A stretch of 64,000 nucleotides of DNA from a virus (lineage: Duplodnaviria; Heunggongvirae; Uroviricota; Caudoviricetes), in the IMG/VR virus record IMGVR_UViG_3300001598_000039, positions 1-64,000 of that record; one strand, written 5' to 3'. The first letter of the stretch is position 1; each line of letters starts with the position of its first letter. The position numbers and the translations under genes are program-made. Positions 1 to 7,802 of the stretch are shown here, piece by piece. The notes under the pieces were generated by a model. It saw only the letters and a list, made by a program, of their open reading frames with translations, ran no database searches and had not been told where the DNA came from.

Positions 1-1
1 T

Positions 2-35
2 ATTATAACAAAAGGCCGCTGCTCTGTTAACTTAG
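2..35 (-). promoter_or_regulatory. Class I early promoter copy reading leftward out of the window
   Basis: RC reads CTAAGTTAACAG-N-TTTTGTTATAAT; same box as 26 other copies. Confidence 0.55.
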
Positions 36-220
36 AGCGGGCAGCCTTTCTTGAAGAGCGGGCATGCCTTGCAGTCATCGTAGAGGAGGCATCCCTTCTT
101 GGCCAAAAGCTCAAGCTCAGCCTTCGACTCATCGTAGCTGATGACTTCGTTGTACTCAGCCTTGCGGTACTCTTGGTTCCGCTTGACCTTGGCGTCGTCG
201 ATAGGGAGGGGATCTAGCAT
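32..220 (-). CDS. Small early protein (62 aa) with C-terminal CxxC...C cluster
   Basis: Track ORF; class I promoter and AAAGGAA RBS upstream. Confidence 0.6.
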   Translation of the reverse strand: MLDPLPIDDAKVKRNQEYRKAEYNEVISYDESKAELELLAKKGCLLYDDCKACPLFKKGCPL

Positions 221-251
221 GGCACCGTTCCTTTCTTTAGGTTACGGCGCT

Positions 252-286
252 ATTATAACAAAAGCCGCTAGCGCTGTTAACTTAAG
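252..286 (-). promoter_or_regulatory. Class I early promoter
   Basis: RC CTTAAGTTAACAGCGCTAGCGGCTTTTGTTATAAT upstream of ATG at 220 with AAAGGAA RBS. Confidence 0.7.
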
Positions 287-287
287 A

Positions 288-680
288 TCAGCGCCATTCG
301 TAGTGGCCAGGCTGCCAAGTCCTGATGATGACACCATTGACCAAAGTGTCAACATAACAGCCAGGAACCCAGACTTGGACAGGCGCCCTTACGACGCCCG
401 GAGCAGCAATGACTGGCGCTGGAGCAGGCGCAGGAGATGCAACGACAACAGTCTGTGGCTGTACAGCTTGGCCGACAATGGCGCCAACTGTCGCGCCCGC
501 AAGAAGTCCAAGGCCAAATCCTGCATGGACCTCATGATGCGGAGGGCGATGCGGCGCTGGATGCCAAGCATGTGGAGCTGGCCGAGGCGGAGGGCAATTG
601 CGCGGTCCAGGACCATGGCCAGGGTTAGCGGATGCAAGAGCTGCGCAAAGCAGCGAGACAGCAAATATGAGGCGTTTCAT
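288..680 (-). CDS. Secreted Pro/His-rich protein (~130 aa)
   Basis: Start moved to internal ATG MKRLIFAVSLLCAALASA (signal peptide, AXA site) placed 6 nt after TATAAT; track ORF 288..752. Confidence 0.55.
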   Translation of the reverse strand: MKRLIFAVSLLCAALASANPGHGPGPRNCPPPRPAPHAWHPAPHRPPHHEVHAGFGLGLLAGATVGAIVGQAVQPQTVVVASPAPAPAPVIAAPGVVRAPVQVWVPGCYVDTLVNGVIIRTWQPGHYEWR

Positions 681-686
681 GGGAGG

Positions 687-720
687 ATTATAACAAAGTC
701 TTGGATGCTTGTTAACGTAG
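687..720 (-). promoter_or_regulatory. Class I early promoter (variant box), leaderless spacing to ATG 680
   Basis: RC ...GTTAACAAGCATCCAAGACTTTGTTATAAT then CCTCCC then ATG. Confidence 0.6.
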
Positions 721-951
721 CGTCGTCGCGACCTTATGGAACTTCCAGTCACCTAGTGACTCCTCAGAGTTATAGAAGCCCATCCACTTGTCGACGTCCG
801 CCGCGACGAACTTCCTGGCGTCTTCAATGTCTTCGACGACCTTCAAGCCGTCCTTGCCGATGTAGCCGGTCTTCGTGTAATGCTCAGGGTCATCCTTGCC
901 CGGACAGCCAAAGAGGACATATCTTTTCTGGTCAGAGGTCGCCATAGCCAT
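712..951 (-). CDS. Hypothetical early protein (79 aa)
   Basis: GAGGAG RBS 9 nt before ATG; co-transcribed behind the small basic ORF. Confidence 0.55.
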   Translation of the reverse strand: MAMATSDQKRYVLFGCPGKDDPEHYTKTGYIGKDGLKVVEDIEDARKFVAADVDKWMGFYNSEESLGDWKFHKVATTLR

Positions 952-956
952 TATCC

Positions 957-1105
957 TACTCCTCTAGACTGCGCTTGAGGTCGAGCTTGAGGCGTTGGCG
1001 AGCTGAAGCCTTGTCCTTCTTGGTCTTGAAGACTTTGGACTTCATGTCCTTCGGCGCAATGAACCGAGGGAGCTTAGGTGCCTGCTTTCTTTTGAGCGTC
1101 TTCAT
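957..1105 (-). CDS. Small basic Lys/Arg-rich peptide (~49 aa)
   Basis: ATG directly after the class I TATAAT; not in the >=60-aa track; coordinates approximate. Confidence 0.35.
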
Positions 1106-1111
1106 GGCCAT

Positions 1112-1145
1112 ATTATAACAAAGCGGTTGCGCTCTGTTAACTTAG
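1112..1145 (-). promoter_or_regulatory. Class I early promoter
   Basis: RC CCTAAGTTAACAGAGCGCAACCGCTTTGTTATAAT immediately followed by ATG. Confidence 0.65.
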
Positions 1146-1246
1146 GACTCGGACGTCTCTTTGTCCTTGAAGGCTTCGAGGATTGGGCACTTGAGGCTGC
1201 ACGCTTTGTCGATGAACTGGCATTCGCCGTTAGTCACCTTGCACAT
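1142..1246 (-). CDS. 34-aa Cys-rich peptide (C-x7-C-x8-C-x3-C)
   Basis: Read by eye; preceded by a GTGGTAAATAG late-like motif; stop codon overlaps the next promoter box. Confidence 0.3.
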   Translation of the reverse strand: MCKVTNGECQFIDKACSLKCPILEAFKDKETSES

Positions 1247-1322
1247 AGGCTTGGTGCATGCCGTCAGATAGATCTAGAACTTGCACTTGTCCATAACAAG
1301 GCTATTTACCACTTCAGAGCGG

Positions 1323-1447
1323 TCACCAGCCAAGCTTGTCGAGGATCCAGCCTGTGATTGACTTGCTGCCAGTCAAGAAGAGCATGACATCAATGAAGGC
1401 CAGCACTCCAAGGACTTTAGGGGCTACTGTTGCGACTGACGCGAGCA
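1323..1447 (-). CDS. ~41-aa hydrophobic peptide
   Basis: AGAAAGGAAC RBS then ATG downstream of the class I promoter at 1486-1520; coordinates approximate. Confidence 0.3.
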
Positions 1448-1485
1448 TGCTCGTTCCAGCTTGTTCCTTTCTTACGTTCCGGCCA

Positions 1486-1520
1486 TATTATAACAAAAGC
1501 CCTAGGTCTTGTTAACCTAA
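1486..1520 (-). promoter_or_regulatory. Class I early promoter
   Basis: RC CCTTAGGTTAACAAGACCTAGGGCTTTTGTTATAAT. Confidence 0.65.
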
Positions 1521-1551
1521 GGCTTTCGGCTTGCTGCGAGGACCATTGCCA

Positions 1552-2238
1552 TCAGAGAGTGCGCTCGTTGGTCTCGGTCGAGATGAGCTTCGCCGACCAA
1601 GATCCCCAGACCGCGGCGTCATGCGTACGGACAGCTTCGCCGGTCTGGTAAGTCTGGATGCCACACGCATTGGCCTCGATCGTGTGGTCCCAACTTTCGT
1701 TGTCAGGACACTGGCAGTCGACGATGCCCGTGAAGTAGCCAGAAAGGCTCTTGACCTTGTTGCATGAAGGGACGCCATCACCGCAGAAGTCGCAGCCTGT
1801 GCCCTTGATGTACTTGAGTGCGCCGTTGCCAGCAAACATGAGGGAGATGAACTTCTCATGAGCCGACTGCGTCGTACCGACGATGTTGGTGTCAAAGCCA
1901 GTCCAACAGACAGTAGGGACGCTCCGGTATGCCTTGGAGGTCGTCTTGCCCATCATGTTGAGGATGCCTTCATCGATCCAAATGCGGTGCTCGACCTTCG
2001 TCTTGCTGTTCTTGACGTCGATGTAGACCTTTGAGGGGCCCGCTTCGGCGTCAGCGTATTCGACGACCATGGTGCCTTTGAGCGACTGGCTTGCGTAAGT
2101 ACGGACGCCTTTGCTCACAAACGGCATCTTCGCCGACATGGTGAAGCTGTAGGTGTCAACGACTTCAGGCTCAGGCTGGTAGCCGTAGGCCATAATGCTT
2201 GCAGCGCACAGAAGCGCCGCCATCAGGAGTTTCTTCAT
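1552..2238 (-). CDS. Secreted protein (228 aa), N-terminal signal peptide MKKLLMAALLCAASIMA
   Basis: Track ORF; class I plus class II promoters upstream; AGGAAG RBS. Confidence 0.7.
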   Translation of the reverse strand: MKKLLMAALLCAASIMAYGYQPEPEVVDTYSFTMSAKMPFVSKGVRTYASQSLKGTMVVEYADAEAGPSKVYIDVKNSKTKVEHRIWIDEGILNMMGKTTSKAYRSVPTVCWTGFDTNIVGTTQSAHEKFISLMFAGNGALKYIKGTGCDFCGDGVPSCNKVKSLSGYFTGIVDCQCPDNESWDHTIEANACGIQTYQTGEAVRTHDAAVWGSWSAKLISTETNERTL

Positions 2239-2305
2239 TTGTTTGGTTCTTCCTTGTTAGTTTGTCTGTTGCGGTCCTCGCAACATCTTCATATTGTACG
2301 CTACC

Positions 2306-2339
2306 ATTATAACAAAGCTTAGGCCATCTGTTAACTTAG
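2306..2339 (-). promoter_or_regulatory. Class I early promoter (followed by a class II TACAAT box at ~2292-2300)
   Basis: RC CCTAAGTTAACAGATGGCCTAAGCTTTGTTATAAT then GGTAGCGTACAATATG. Confidence 0.65.
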
Positions 2340-2350
2340 GCCATCTTGCT

Positions 2351-2390
2351 AAAAAACAGCTGGCCAGAGGTTTTGCCCTCTGGCCAGCTG
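2351..2390 (-). terminator. Rho-independent terminator (14-bp perfect stem CAGCTGGCCAGAGG / CCTCTGGCCAGCTG followed by T6 on the minus strand)
   Basis: Read directly from the sequence. Confidence 0.7.
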
Positions 2391-2451
2391 CCGATTGATC
2401 AGCGTATCGTTGATAGATTGAGCAAGCGTACGCCGTTCAGTCGTTATGTCC

Positions 2452-2958
2452 TTATTGTACCTTGCCCTTGGACAAGTTCTTGATGAGCTCAACGTCATCC
2501 AAGGCCTTCACCAGGTCTTCGTAGGCCAGTTCGTCAGCCTTGATGGTGCCGTCAGTGATCTTCTCCCGGACTAGGCCATCCAGCATGTCTTTGGATCGCT
2601 TGATGAAGTAGCTTGTGGCAGCGACATACCGGCGGAAGTCCTCAGTTGCGGCGATCTCATCCTTCTCCTCTTTGCTGACCTGTGCTGAAGGCGAGTCCTT
2701 GACCTCGATTCGGTAGGCCTTGTCCTTAGGCTTGAAGGTGACCATGTAGTCCATGTCTGAAGCGGCATTGTGGAAGTGCGCTTTGGATAGGCCATCCTTC
2801 TTGAAGTCCTTCAGCTCTTCGCCGAATGCCTTGTCGAACTTAGGCCCGAACTTCTGCTCCTTGGCCATCCGGTACCATAGGCCTTCTGAGTCGATTCCAA
2901 CACACCAGACTCCGATGAGCTCAATGGTGTCTTCCGTCTTGTTGTCCTTGTCGTTCAT
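2452..2958 (-). CDS. Hypothetical protein (168 aa)
   Basis: Track ORF; late-like GCAGTAAATAAGG motif 12 nt upstream of ATG. Confidence 0.6.
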   Translation of the reverse strand: MNDKDNKTEDTIELIGVWCVGIDSEGLWYRMAKEQKFGPKFDKAFGEELKDFKKDGLSKAHFHNAASDMDYMVTFKPKDKAYRIEVKDSPSAQVSKEEKDEIAATEDFRRYVAATSYFIKRSKDMLDGLVREKITDGTIKADELAYEDLVKALDDVELIKNLSKGKVQ

Positions 2959-2980
2959 AGCTAGACCTTATTTACTGCTG

Positions 2981-3009
2981 GCCGGCCGAGTGGGTCTGCT
3001 CGGCCGGCC
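2981..3009 (-). terminator. GC-rich hairpin (GGCCGGCCGAG...CTCGGCCGGCC) just downstream of gene 3019..3333
   Basis: 11-bp stem; no clear T-run. Confidence 0.45.
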
Positions 3010-3018
3010 GGTTGGATC

Positions 3019-3333
3019 TCAGTCGAAGGTGTACTTCTGGCCGGCGAAGCTGAGCTCTTTCACCGTACCGAGGTTCAAGGTCCGGTACTGGTGGCCAATG
3101 ACGCCGGGCTTCACCAGCTCTTCGACGACCATCATGTCGCGCTTCCGGAGGGTCTCATGGCGCTTAGCCGTCGCTTCCGGTTGGCTGAAGGTCCGGCTGT
3201 CCTCAAGCTTCTTGGAGCGGTGGATCTGCATTGTCCGCAGCTCGCCAGTCGTCTTCTTGATGAACTTGACCGTGAGGATCTTGTTGGCGATGTTCTCCTC
3301 GATGAGGTTCCTGACGAAGTCGATCTTGTCCAT
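3019..3333 (-). CDS. Hypothetical early protein (104 aa)
   Basis: Class I promoter and AAAGGAAG RBS upstream. Confidence 0.65.
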   Translation of the reverse strand: MDKIDFVRNLIEENIANKILTVKFIKKTTGELRTMQIHRSKKLEDSRTFSQPEATAKRHETLRKRDMMVVEELVKPGVIGHQYRTLNLGTVKELSFAGQKYTFD

Positions 3334-3367
3334 TGCGTTCTTCCTTTCTTTTAGGTTTGGTGAGTCT

Positions 3368-3402
3368 ATTATAACAAACTTCCTGCGTTCTGTTAACTTA
3401 AG
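3368..3402 (-). promoter_or_regulatory. Class I early promoter
   Basis: RC GGCTTAAGTTAACAGAACGCAGGAAGTTTGTTATAAT; leader with AAAGGAAG before ATG 3333. Confidence 0.7.
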
Positions 3403-3509
3403 CCTTATGGCTACGGAGGCTCGTCCGCTTCGTTGAGTTCGCCGAGGTCGTCGTACATGTAGCTGTTCATCTGCTGTTTCCTTTCTGCCGTTTGCCGGCT
3501 GACGGTGCT

Positions 3510-3544
3510 ATTATAACAAAAGCTGGCTTGCCTGTTAACTTAAG
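3510..3544 (-). promoter_or_regulatory. Class I early promoter, leftward member of divergent pair
   Basis: RC GCTTAAGTTAACAGGCAAGCCAGCTTTTGTTATAAT; 32 bp from rightward copy at 3577. Confidence 0.65.
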
Positions 3545-3576
3545 CTTTCTGCTTCCGCTGGAGCTTTGTGAGATGC

Positions 3577-3611
3577 CTTAAGTTAACGCGGCCCTGAGGC
3601 TTTGTTATAAT
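3577..3611 (+). promoter_or_regulatory. Class I early promoter, rightward member of divergent pair
   Basis: CTTAAGTTAACGCGGCCCTGAGGCTTTGTTATAAT; RBS AAAGGAAG; ATG 3651. Confidence 0.75.
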
Positions 3612-3650
3612 GTAGCCATCGGAAGCACCAATAAAGAAAGGAAGTTCAAG

Positions 3651-3935
3651 ATGCAGTTCGGACGCAAGATCAGCGACACCCTGGAAGAGCACAAGTATGG
3701 CTTCTCGTTCATGCGGGATGACACCGGCGGGCAGCGTGTTAAGGCCTTCACTGGCCGCGGAGTGAGTGCCGAGGCTGCCCTGGAGGATGCCAAGGCCAAA
3801 GCCCGCAGCTATCGGTCGAGCTACGCCGAGGAGCTGAACCGCAAGGCCCGCGACAAGGCTGCCGCTCGTGGTGACCGGTACCGTCCCTCGGAGATTCGAG
3901 TGAGCATCGTCGGCCGCAGCGAATGGCCCATGTGA
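3651..3935 (+). CDS. Hypothetical early protein (94 aa)
   Basis: Class I promoter, AAAGGAAG RBS, hairpin terminator at 3961-3996. Confidence 0.7.
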   Translation: MQFGRKISDTLEEHKYGFSFMRDDTGGQRVKAFTGRGVSAEAALEDAKAKARSYRSSYAEELNRKARDKAAARGDRYRPSEIRVSIVGRSEWPM

Positions 3936-3960
3936 CCTCGCTCGAGCTGAGTGCCTGAGT

Positions 3961-3996
3961 GGCCCGGCGGCATGCCAAGCGCAGCTGCCGGGCTTT
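3961..3996 (+). terminator. Hairpin terminator (GGCCCGGCGGC...GCTGCCGGGCTTTGC)
   Basis: Stem followed by TTTG. Confidence 0.5.
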
Positions 3997-4011
3997 GCAT
4001 CTTGGCCCAAC

Positions 4012-4046
4012 GCTTAAGTTAACAAGCTCCAGGAGCTTTGTTATAA
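4012..4046 (+). promoter_or_regulatory. Class I early promoter
   Basis: CTTAAGTTAACAAGCTCCAGGAGCTTTGTTATAAT. Confidence 0.75.
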
Positions 4047-4098
4047 TATAACCATCGGAAGCCAAACAGCAACCTAACTGAAAGAAAGGAAGTTCAAG

Positions 4099-4401
4099 AT
4101 GAGCAAGATCAGCAAAGCCCTCGCGGAAGAGTACGCCTCCCTCAAGAAGGACACGGACGCCAAGCTGGCCCGGATGAAGGAGATCAGCGCCCTGTTCCTC
4201 CAGGAGCACCAGGAGACTCAGGCTGAGCACCTCGACTTCGACGGCGTCCTCAAGTCCGCGTGGTTCGAGAAGACCACCAAGAAGCTGGACCTCGCCGCGG
4301 TTGAGGCCAAGTTCGGCATCAAGATCACCGAGGACTGCTACAAGTTCACCACGGCTAAGAGCCACAGCATGACTGTGGACCGGAAGCTCCTTCTTGGCTA
4401 A
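4099..4401 (+). CDS. Hypothetical early protein (100 aa)
   Basis: Class I promoter, AAAGGAAG RBS. Confidence 0.7.
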   Translation: MSKISKALAEEYASLKKDTDAKLARMKEISALFLQEHQETQAEHLDFDGVLKSAWFEKTTKKLDLAAVEAKFGIKITEDCYKFTTAKSHSMTVDRKLLLG

Positions 4402-4422
4402 GCGCCAGGCGAGCTCCGCGGT

Positions 4423-4458
4423 TGGCTGGAGGGCAACGGCTCTCCAGCCCGTTTTTGC
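4423..4458 (+). terminator. Rho-independent terminator (GGCTGGAG...CTCCAGCC followed by CGTTTTTGC)
   Basis: 8-bp stem plus T-run. Confidence 0.65.
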
Positions 4459-4475
4459 TTTCTGCGGCGCCAAGC

Positions 4476-4510
4476 CTTAAGTTAACAAGGCCGCGAGGCT
4501 TTGTTATAAT
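4476..4510 (+). promoter_or_regulatory. Class I early promoter
   Basis: CTTAAGTTAACAAGGCCGCGAGGCTTTGTTATAAT. Confidence 0.75.
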
Positions 4511-4542
4511 AGCCATGTCCAGAGGACAAAAGGAGAAAGCCA

Positions 4543-4701
4543 ATGAGGACCTACACTGTTGCCATGATTGACACCCGCAGGAACTTCCGCCGCCTCATCG
4601 CGGTCCAGGGCTACAGCTGCATCGACGCCGGCGCCGCTGCCAGGAAGGCGCTCGGCCCGGAGGGCTACGACCGTATCGAGTCCATCCGCTGCATCGGGTG
4701 A
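4543..4701 (+). CDS. 52-aa peptide
   Basis: AAAGGAGAAAG RBS downstream of the class I promoter; not in track. Confidence 0.45.
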   Translation: MRTYTVAMIDTRRNFRRLIAVQGYSCIDAGAAARKALGPEGYDRIESIRCIG

Positions 4702-4704
4702 AAG

Positions 4705-4739
4705 CTTAAGTTTACAAGCGCCAGCAGGTTTGTTATAAT
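4705..4739 (+). promoter_or_regulatory. Class I early promoter (TTTAC variant)
   Basis: CTTAAGTTTACAAGCGCCAGCAGGTTTGTTATAAT. Confidence 0.7.
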
Positions 4740-4762
4740 AGCCTCAAAAGGAGATCACCGAC

Positions 4763-4903
4763 ATGCCTGACAAAGAAGAGTTCCACTTCGTCCATTGCTC
4801 CCGCTGCGGCGCCAGCCTCTGCAAGGAGACCGACACCTACCGCTTCGGCGAGGATGGCGAGCCCGTCTGCTACGACTGTGCCGAAGAGCCTGACCGAGGC
4901 TAA
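4763..4903 (+). CDS. 46-aa zinc-ribbon-like peptide (CxxC...CxxC)
   Basis: AAAGGAGA RBS downstream of the class I promoter. Confidence 0.45.
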   Translation: MPDKEEFHFVHCSRCGASLCKETDTYRFGEDGEPVCYDCAEEPDRG

Positions 4904-4934
4904 AGTTAACAGAGGGCCATGGCTTTGTTATAAT
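4900..4934 (+). promoter_or_regulatory. Class I early promoter (CTAAAG variant)
   Basis: CTAAAGTTAACAGAGGGCCATGGCTTTGTTATAAT. Confidence 0.65.
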
Positions 4935-4964
4935 GGCCTCGTAACGCAAGAAAGGACCAACCAG

Positions 4965-5099
4965 ATGAAAGCGCTCATCAAGACCTGCACCGTCATCGGC
5001 ATCATCGTCTTCATCAACTTCCTCATGGCTCTTGGCTCGCCTGTCTTCCAGCTCACGGCGGCGATCATCCTCTTCTGCCTGCTCTACCGGGCAGTCTAA
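4965..5099 (+). CDS. 44-aa membrane peptide (single TM helix)
   Basis: AAGAAAGGA RBS; hydrophobic sequence. Confidence 0.45.
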   Translation: MKALIKTCTVIGIIVFINFLMALGSPVFQLTAAIILFCLLYRAV

Positions 5100-5129
5100 G
5101 TTAACAAGCGGCCTAGACTTTGTTATAAT
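5096..5129 (+). promoter_or_regulatory. Class I early promoter; leaderless spacing (ATG 5136 is 6 nt after TATAAT)
   Basis: CTAAGTTAACAAGCGGCCTAGACTTTGTTATAAT AGCCTC ATG. Confidence 0.7.
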
Positions 5130-5135
5130 AGCCTC

Positions 5136-5834
5136 ATGGACAAGCAAGAAGCAGAAGAGTACGCCAGCCAGTTGGACAGCATCACGCTGAGCTACTGGCA
5201 TGCCAAGGACTCCAAGGACAAGGCTTATTGGAAAGGCCAGTACCACCTGGTGTGGCTGGCCCTCAAGATGGCCGGGTATAGGGTCAAGCGGAAGAGCATC
5301 CGCGACGAGTCCAGGAGGCTTGTCCGGGTTGAGCATACGGCGATCTGCTTGGCTGAAGAGGCGGCTAAGCCGAAGCGTTGCCGCAAGAGCGAGTTCGTCA
5401 AGGTCGACATCAGGCCTGACGGCAAGTCCGGGAAGCAGCTGACTGGCCGAAGTGGAGACTGCACGGTCCGGGCCCTTACCTATGCCTTCAAGGGCAAGTA
5501 CACATACGAGCAGGTCTTCCGCAAGCAAGTGGCCAAGGCACGCCTGGTGTATGGCAACCCACGCAACTGGAACTGCGATGGGACTTGGAACGCTGTCCTT
5601 GTGGAGAACGGCTTCCGTCGGATCAAGCTGCACCCTCACATGTCTCAGGACCGCCTGGCGGGAGTCCTCCGGTCGGTTGAAGAGCCCATTGTGACCGTAT
5701 CAAACAGCCACGCCTCGATCCTCGAGCATGGCCGTACGGTTGACTCTTGGGACAGCCGAGCCAAGCGGATCCTGGAGATCTACGCCCCTGATGCCGTCGC
5801 TGACCGAGTCAGCCGGATCCTCTCCTTAAGTTAA
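5136..5834 (+). CDS. Hypothetical early protein (232 aa); C-terminal half has Cys...His spacing reminiscent of a papain-like fold (speculative)
   Basis: Leaderless start 6 nt after TATAAT. Confidence 0.65.
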   Translation: MDKQEAEEYASQLDSITLSYWHAKDSKDKAYWKGQYHLVWLALKMAGYRVKRKSIRDESRRLVRVEHTAICLAEEAAKPKRCRKSEFVKVDIRPDGKSGKQLTGRSGDCTVRALTYAFKGKYTYEQVFRKQVAKARLVYGNPRNWNCDGTWNAVLVENGFRRIKLHPHMSQDRLAGVLRSVEEPIVTVSNSHASILEHGRTVDSWDSRAKRILEIYAPDAVADRVSRILSLS

Positions 5835-5860
5835 CAGAGCGAGCGGACTTTGTTATAATA
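5826..5860 (+). promoter_or_regulatory. Class I early promoter
   Basis: CTTAAGTTAACAGAGCGAGCGGACTTTGTTATAAT; the upstream gene's stop codon lies inside the box. Confidence 0.75.
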
Positions 5861-5891
5861 GCCTTGTCAAACGACAGACAGGAACTAGAAG

Positions 5892-6128
5892 ATGCCTAAG
5901 AGCAAGACGCCGGCGGAAGCCAAAGCCAAGAAGAAGGAAGCAGCCATGGAGAAGAGCCTGACGGCCCTCAAGGAAGCCAAGAGCATGCTTGGCACTCTCC
6001 TTGACGAATGTGAGCGCTTCAACGATGAGGTCGCTGAGCCCGACTGGTACCTGCGAGAGGACTACGAGAAGGCGGTCAAGTGCATCGACTCAGCCCTGCG
6101 GGCGATCAGCCTTGTCCAGAAGGCCTAA
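5892..6128 (+). CDS. Hypothetical early protein (78 aa)
   Basis: Class I promoter, GGAAC RBS. Confidence 0.65.
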   Translation: MPKSKTPAEAKAKKKEAAMEKSLTALKEAKSMLGTLLDECERFNDEVAEPDWYLREDYEKAVKCIDSALRAISLVQKA

Positions 6129-6158
6129 GTTAACAAGAGGCCGGAAGTTTGTTATAAT
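6125..6158 (+). promoter_or_regulatory. Class I early promoter
   Basis: CTAAGTTAACAAGAGGCCGGAAGTTTGTTATAAT. Confidence 0.7.
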
Positions 6159-6212
6159 AGTCACGTCAGCCGGAATACGGCAAAAACCAACAAAAACAAG
6201 GAGAAAGCAGAG

Positions 6213-6407
6213 ATGAAGTTCTACAACATGGGCAAGAAGGCGCTCAAGCATGATGTCAAGTGCGGCACGAAGGTCGTGATCCCGGCCGGCACGAAGAACG
6301 TCAAGATCGCCTTCCGCCAGAGCCACCTGACCCGCATCGATGACGAGACCGGCAAGGTTGTGAACATGAACGTGTACATGGTTGGCAGCAAGGTGTTCCA
6401 CGCCTAA
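6213..6407 (+). CDS. Hypothetical early protein (64 aa)
   Basis: AAGGAGAAAG RBS; terminator downstream. Confidence 0.65.
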   Translation: MKFYNMGKKALKHDVKCGTKVVIPAGTKNVKIAFRQSHLTRIDDETGKVVNMNVYMVGSKVFHA

Positions 6408-6453
6408 GCCAAATACGCTTTCAAGCGACGAGGACGGCAACCCCTCGACTCAC

Positions 6454-6495
6454 GGCCCGCTAGCCAGACCATCCAGCTAGCGGGCCATTTATGTC
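6454..6495 (+). terminator. Rho-independent terminator (GGCCCGCTAGC...GCTAGCGGGCC then ATTTATGTCTC), followed by a (CT)6 microsatellite
   Basis: 11-bp perfect stem. Confidence 0.65.
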
Positions 6496-6518
6496 TCTCT
6501 CTCTCTCCTTCCAGGCGC

Positions 6519-6553
6519 CTTAAGTTAACACGGCCGCGCTCTTTTGTTATAAT
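6519..6553 (+). promoter_or_regulatory. Class I early promoter
   Basis: CTTAAGTTAACACGGCCGCGCTCTTTTGTTATAAT. Confidence 0.7.
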
Positions 6554-6600
6554 AGCACTGTCCGCCGGAAACGGCAAACCAAGCAAAAAGGAGAAAGCCA

Positions 6601-6705
6601 ATGCCTAGCAACAAGACCGGAACGATTGCTGACTACTACCGTGACATGACCCCTGAGCAGGCCAAGCGCGAGCTTGAGGCCCTGTATGCCGGGAAAGCTG
6701 TATAA
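6601..6705 (+). CDS. 34-aa peptide
   Basis: AAAGGAGAAAG RBS after the class I promoter. Confidence 0.4.
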   Translation: MPSNKTGTIADYYRDMTPEQAKRELEALYAGKAV

Positions 6706-6764
6706 TAGACCATGACGCCGGTGATGGCGTTACGCTGACAAAAAGCCACCAGTTCGCAGCGGAT

Positions 6765-6808
6765 AGCCAGTCGGAGTACACGAACCACTCCGGCTGGCTT
6801 CTTTTTTG
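6765..6808 (+). terminator. Rho-independent terminator (AGCCAGTCGGAGT...ACTCCGGCTGGCT then T7)
   Basis: 13-bp stem plus T-run. Confidence 0.7.
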
Positions 6809-6822
6809 CTTCCAGCCCAAAG

Positions 6823-6857
6823 CTTAAGTTTACAGGAGCCAGCGGCTTTGTTATAAT
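6823..6857 (+). promoter_or_regulatory. Class I early promoter (TTTAC variant), leaderless to ATG 6864; duplicate of the 8292 copy
   Basis: CTTAAGTTTACAGGAGCCAGCGGCTTTGTTATAAT GGCCTC ATG. Confidence 0.7.
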
Positions 6858-6863
6858 GGCCTC

Positions 6864-7157
6864 ATGAGAGCGAACGTCAAAGAAGCCAACAAGCACCTCC
6901 TCAAGGCCATGAAGCCTTGCTACTTCGACCACATCCCGGTCGCCGAGATCCAGGCTGTCCTGAAGGAGCACCAGATCATGCTGGTGAATGAGGACGGAAC
7001 ACCATTTGAAGCCATCTTCTGCGGCCGCTCCGGACATACCCTGATTGACCTAGCGATCTGCGGTGTGTGCGGCGCCGTAGTTGACAACCACAAGCTCTTC
7101 CTCAGCTGGTACACCATGCCGAGCGGGCGCTATGAGATCACCACTTACCTGAGCTGA
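6864..7157 (+). CDS. Hypothetical early protein (97 aa), Cys-rich C-terminus
   Basis: Leaderless. Confidence 0.65.
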   Translation: MRANVKEANKHLLKAMKPCYFDHIPVAEIQAVLKEHQIMLVNEDGTPFEAIFCGRSGHTLIDLAICGVCGAVVDNHKLFLSWYTMPSGRYEITTYLS

Positions 7158-7161
7158 GCGG

Positions 7162-7196
7162 CTTAAGTTAACGCCGTCACCAGACTTTGTTATAAT
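7162..7196 (+). promoter_or_regulatory. Class I early promoter
   Basis: CTTAAGTTAACGCCGTCACCAGACTTTGTTATAAT. Confidence 0.7.
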
Positions 7197-7231
7197 GCTG
7201 CTGTCAACCGAAACTGAAAGGAAACATTAAA

Positions 7232-7426
7232 ATGCTTCGCAAGTACACGAACGAACTGCTAGAGAGAGTTGAAGCTGGAGAGCTGACCGCGGACGAAGTC
7301 CTGCGCTCGCTTGTCGATTTCCTGCCTGAGGACACCGTCGAGGAGTTCTGCATCAACGGCGACTACGCCGAGCTCTTCGAGGATGAGGAGGACGAGGACA
7401 TCGAAGAGGCCGACGACGAGGAATAG
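7232..7426 (+). CDS. Highly acidic 64-aa protein (C-terminal EDEEDEDIEEADDEE); DNA-mimic candidate
   Basis: Track ORF; own promoter; TAG stop. Confidence 0.6.
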   Translation: MLRKYTNELLERVEAGELTADEVLRSLVDFLPEDTVEEFCINGDYAELFEDEEDEDIEEADDEE

Positions 7427-7432
7427 CCCAAG

Positions 7433-7467
7433 CTTAAGTTAACGTCAGCTCGGCGACTTGATATAAT
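7433..7467 (+). promoter_or_regulatory. Class I early promoter (-10 region TTGATATAAT)
   Basis: CTTAAGTTAACGTCAGCTCGGCGACTTGATATAAT. Confidence 0.65.
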
Positions 7468-7502
7468 CATCTCATCGGACGAACCAAACAAAAGGCCAAC
7501 CA

Positions 7503-7700
7503 ATGAACCTCAGCAAGACCGACAAGTTCAACTTCATCTGCTACGGCTTCTGCGCCCTGACCGCACTTGCAGCGCTCATCTGCCATCTGGCGAACGGCGG
7601 AAGCATCACCAGCACCGGGCATCTCAGCGCGGCATGCGGCTGGGTCGTCGCGATTGCTGAGTCGCTCCATCGCATTGCCGACCGGAATGATGAGCCTTAA
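7503..7700 (+). CDS. 65-aa putative membrane protein
   Basis: Track ORF; hydrophobic core. Confidence 0.55.
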   Translation: MNLSKTDKFNFICYGFCALTALAALICHLANGGSITSTGHLSAACGWVVAIAESLHRIADRNDEP

Positions 7701-7730
7701 GTTAACGCCAACGCGCCAGTTTGTTATAAT
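7696..7730 (+). promoter_or_regulatory. Class I early promoter
   Basis: CTTAAGTTAACGCCAACGCGCCAGTTTGTTATAAT. Confidence 0.7.
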
Positions 7731-7802
7731 AGCAACGTAACGGAACACAAGAGCAACACTGAAACAACAAATCACAAACCCAACCGAAAGGAACGAAAGA
7801 CA

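Noticed and set aside
141-947. Long plus-strand ORF (268 aa, Arg/Ser/Pro-rich) and other antisense ORFs in the left arm (389..664, 437..628, 1127..1357, 1512..1895, 1531..1767)
   Set aside because: They overlap better-supported minus-strand genes that have promoters and RBSs. Their composition is typical of an off-frame in GC-rich coding DNA.
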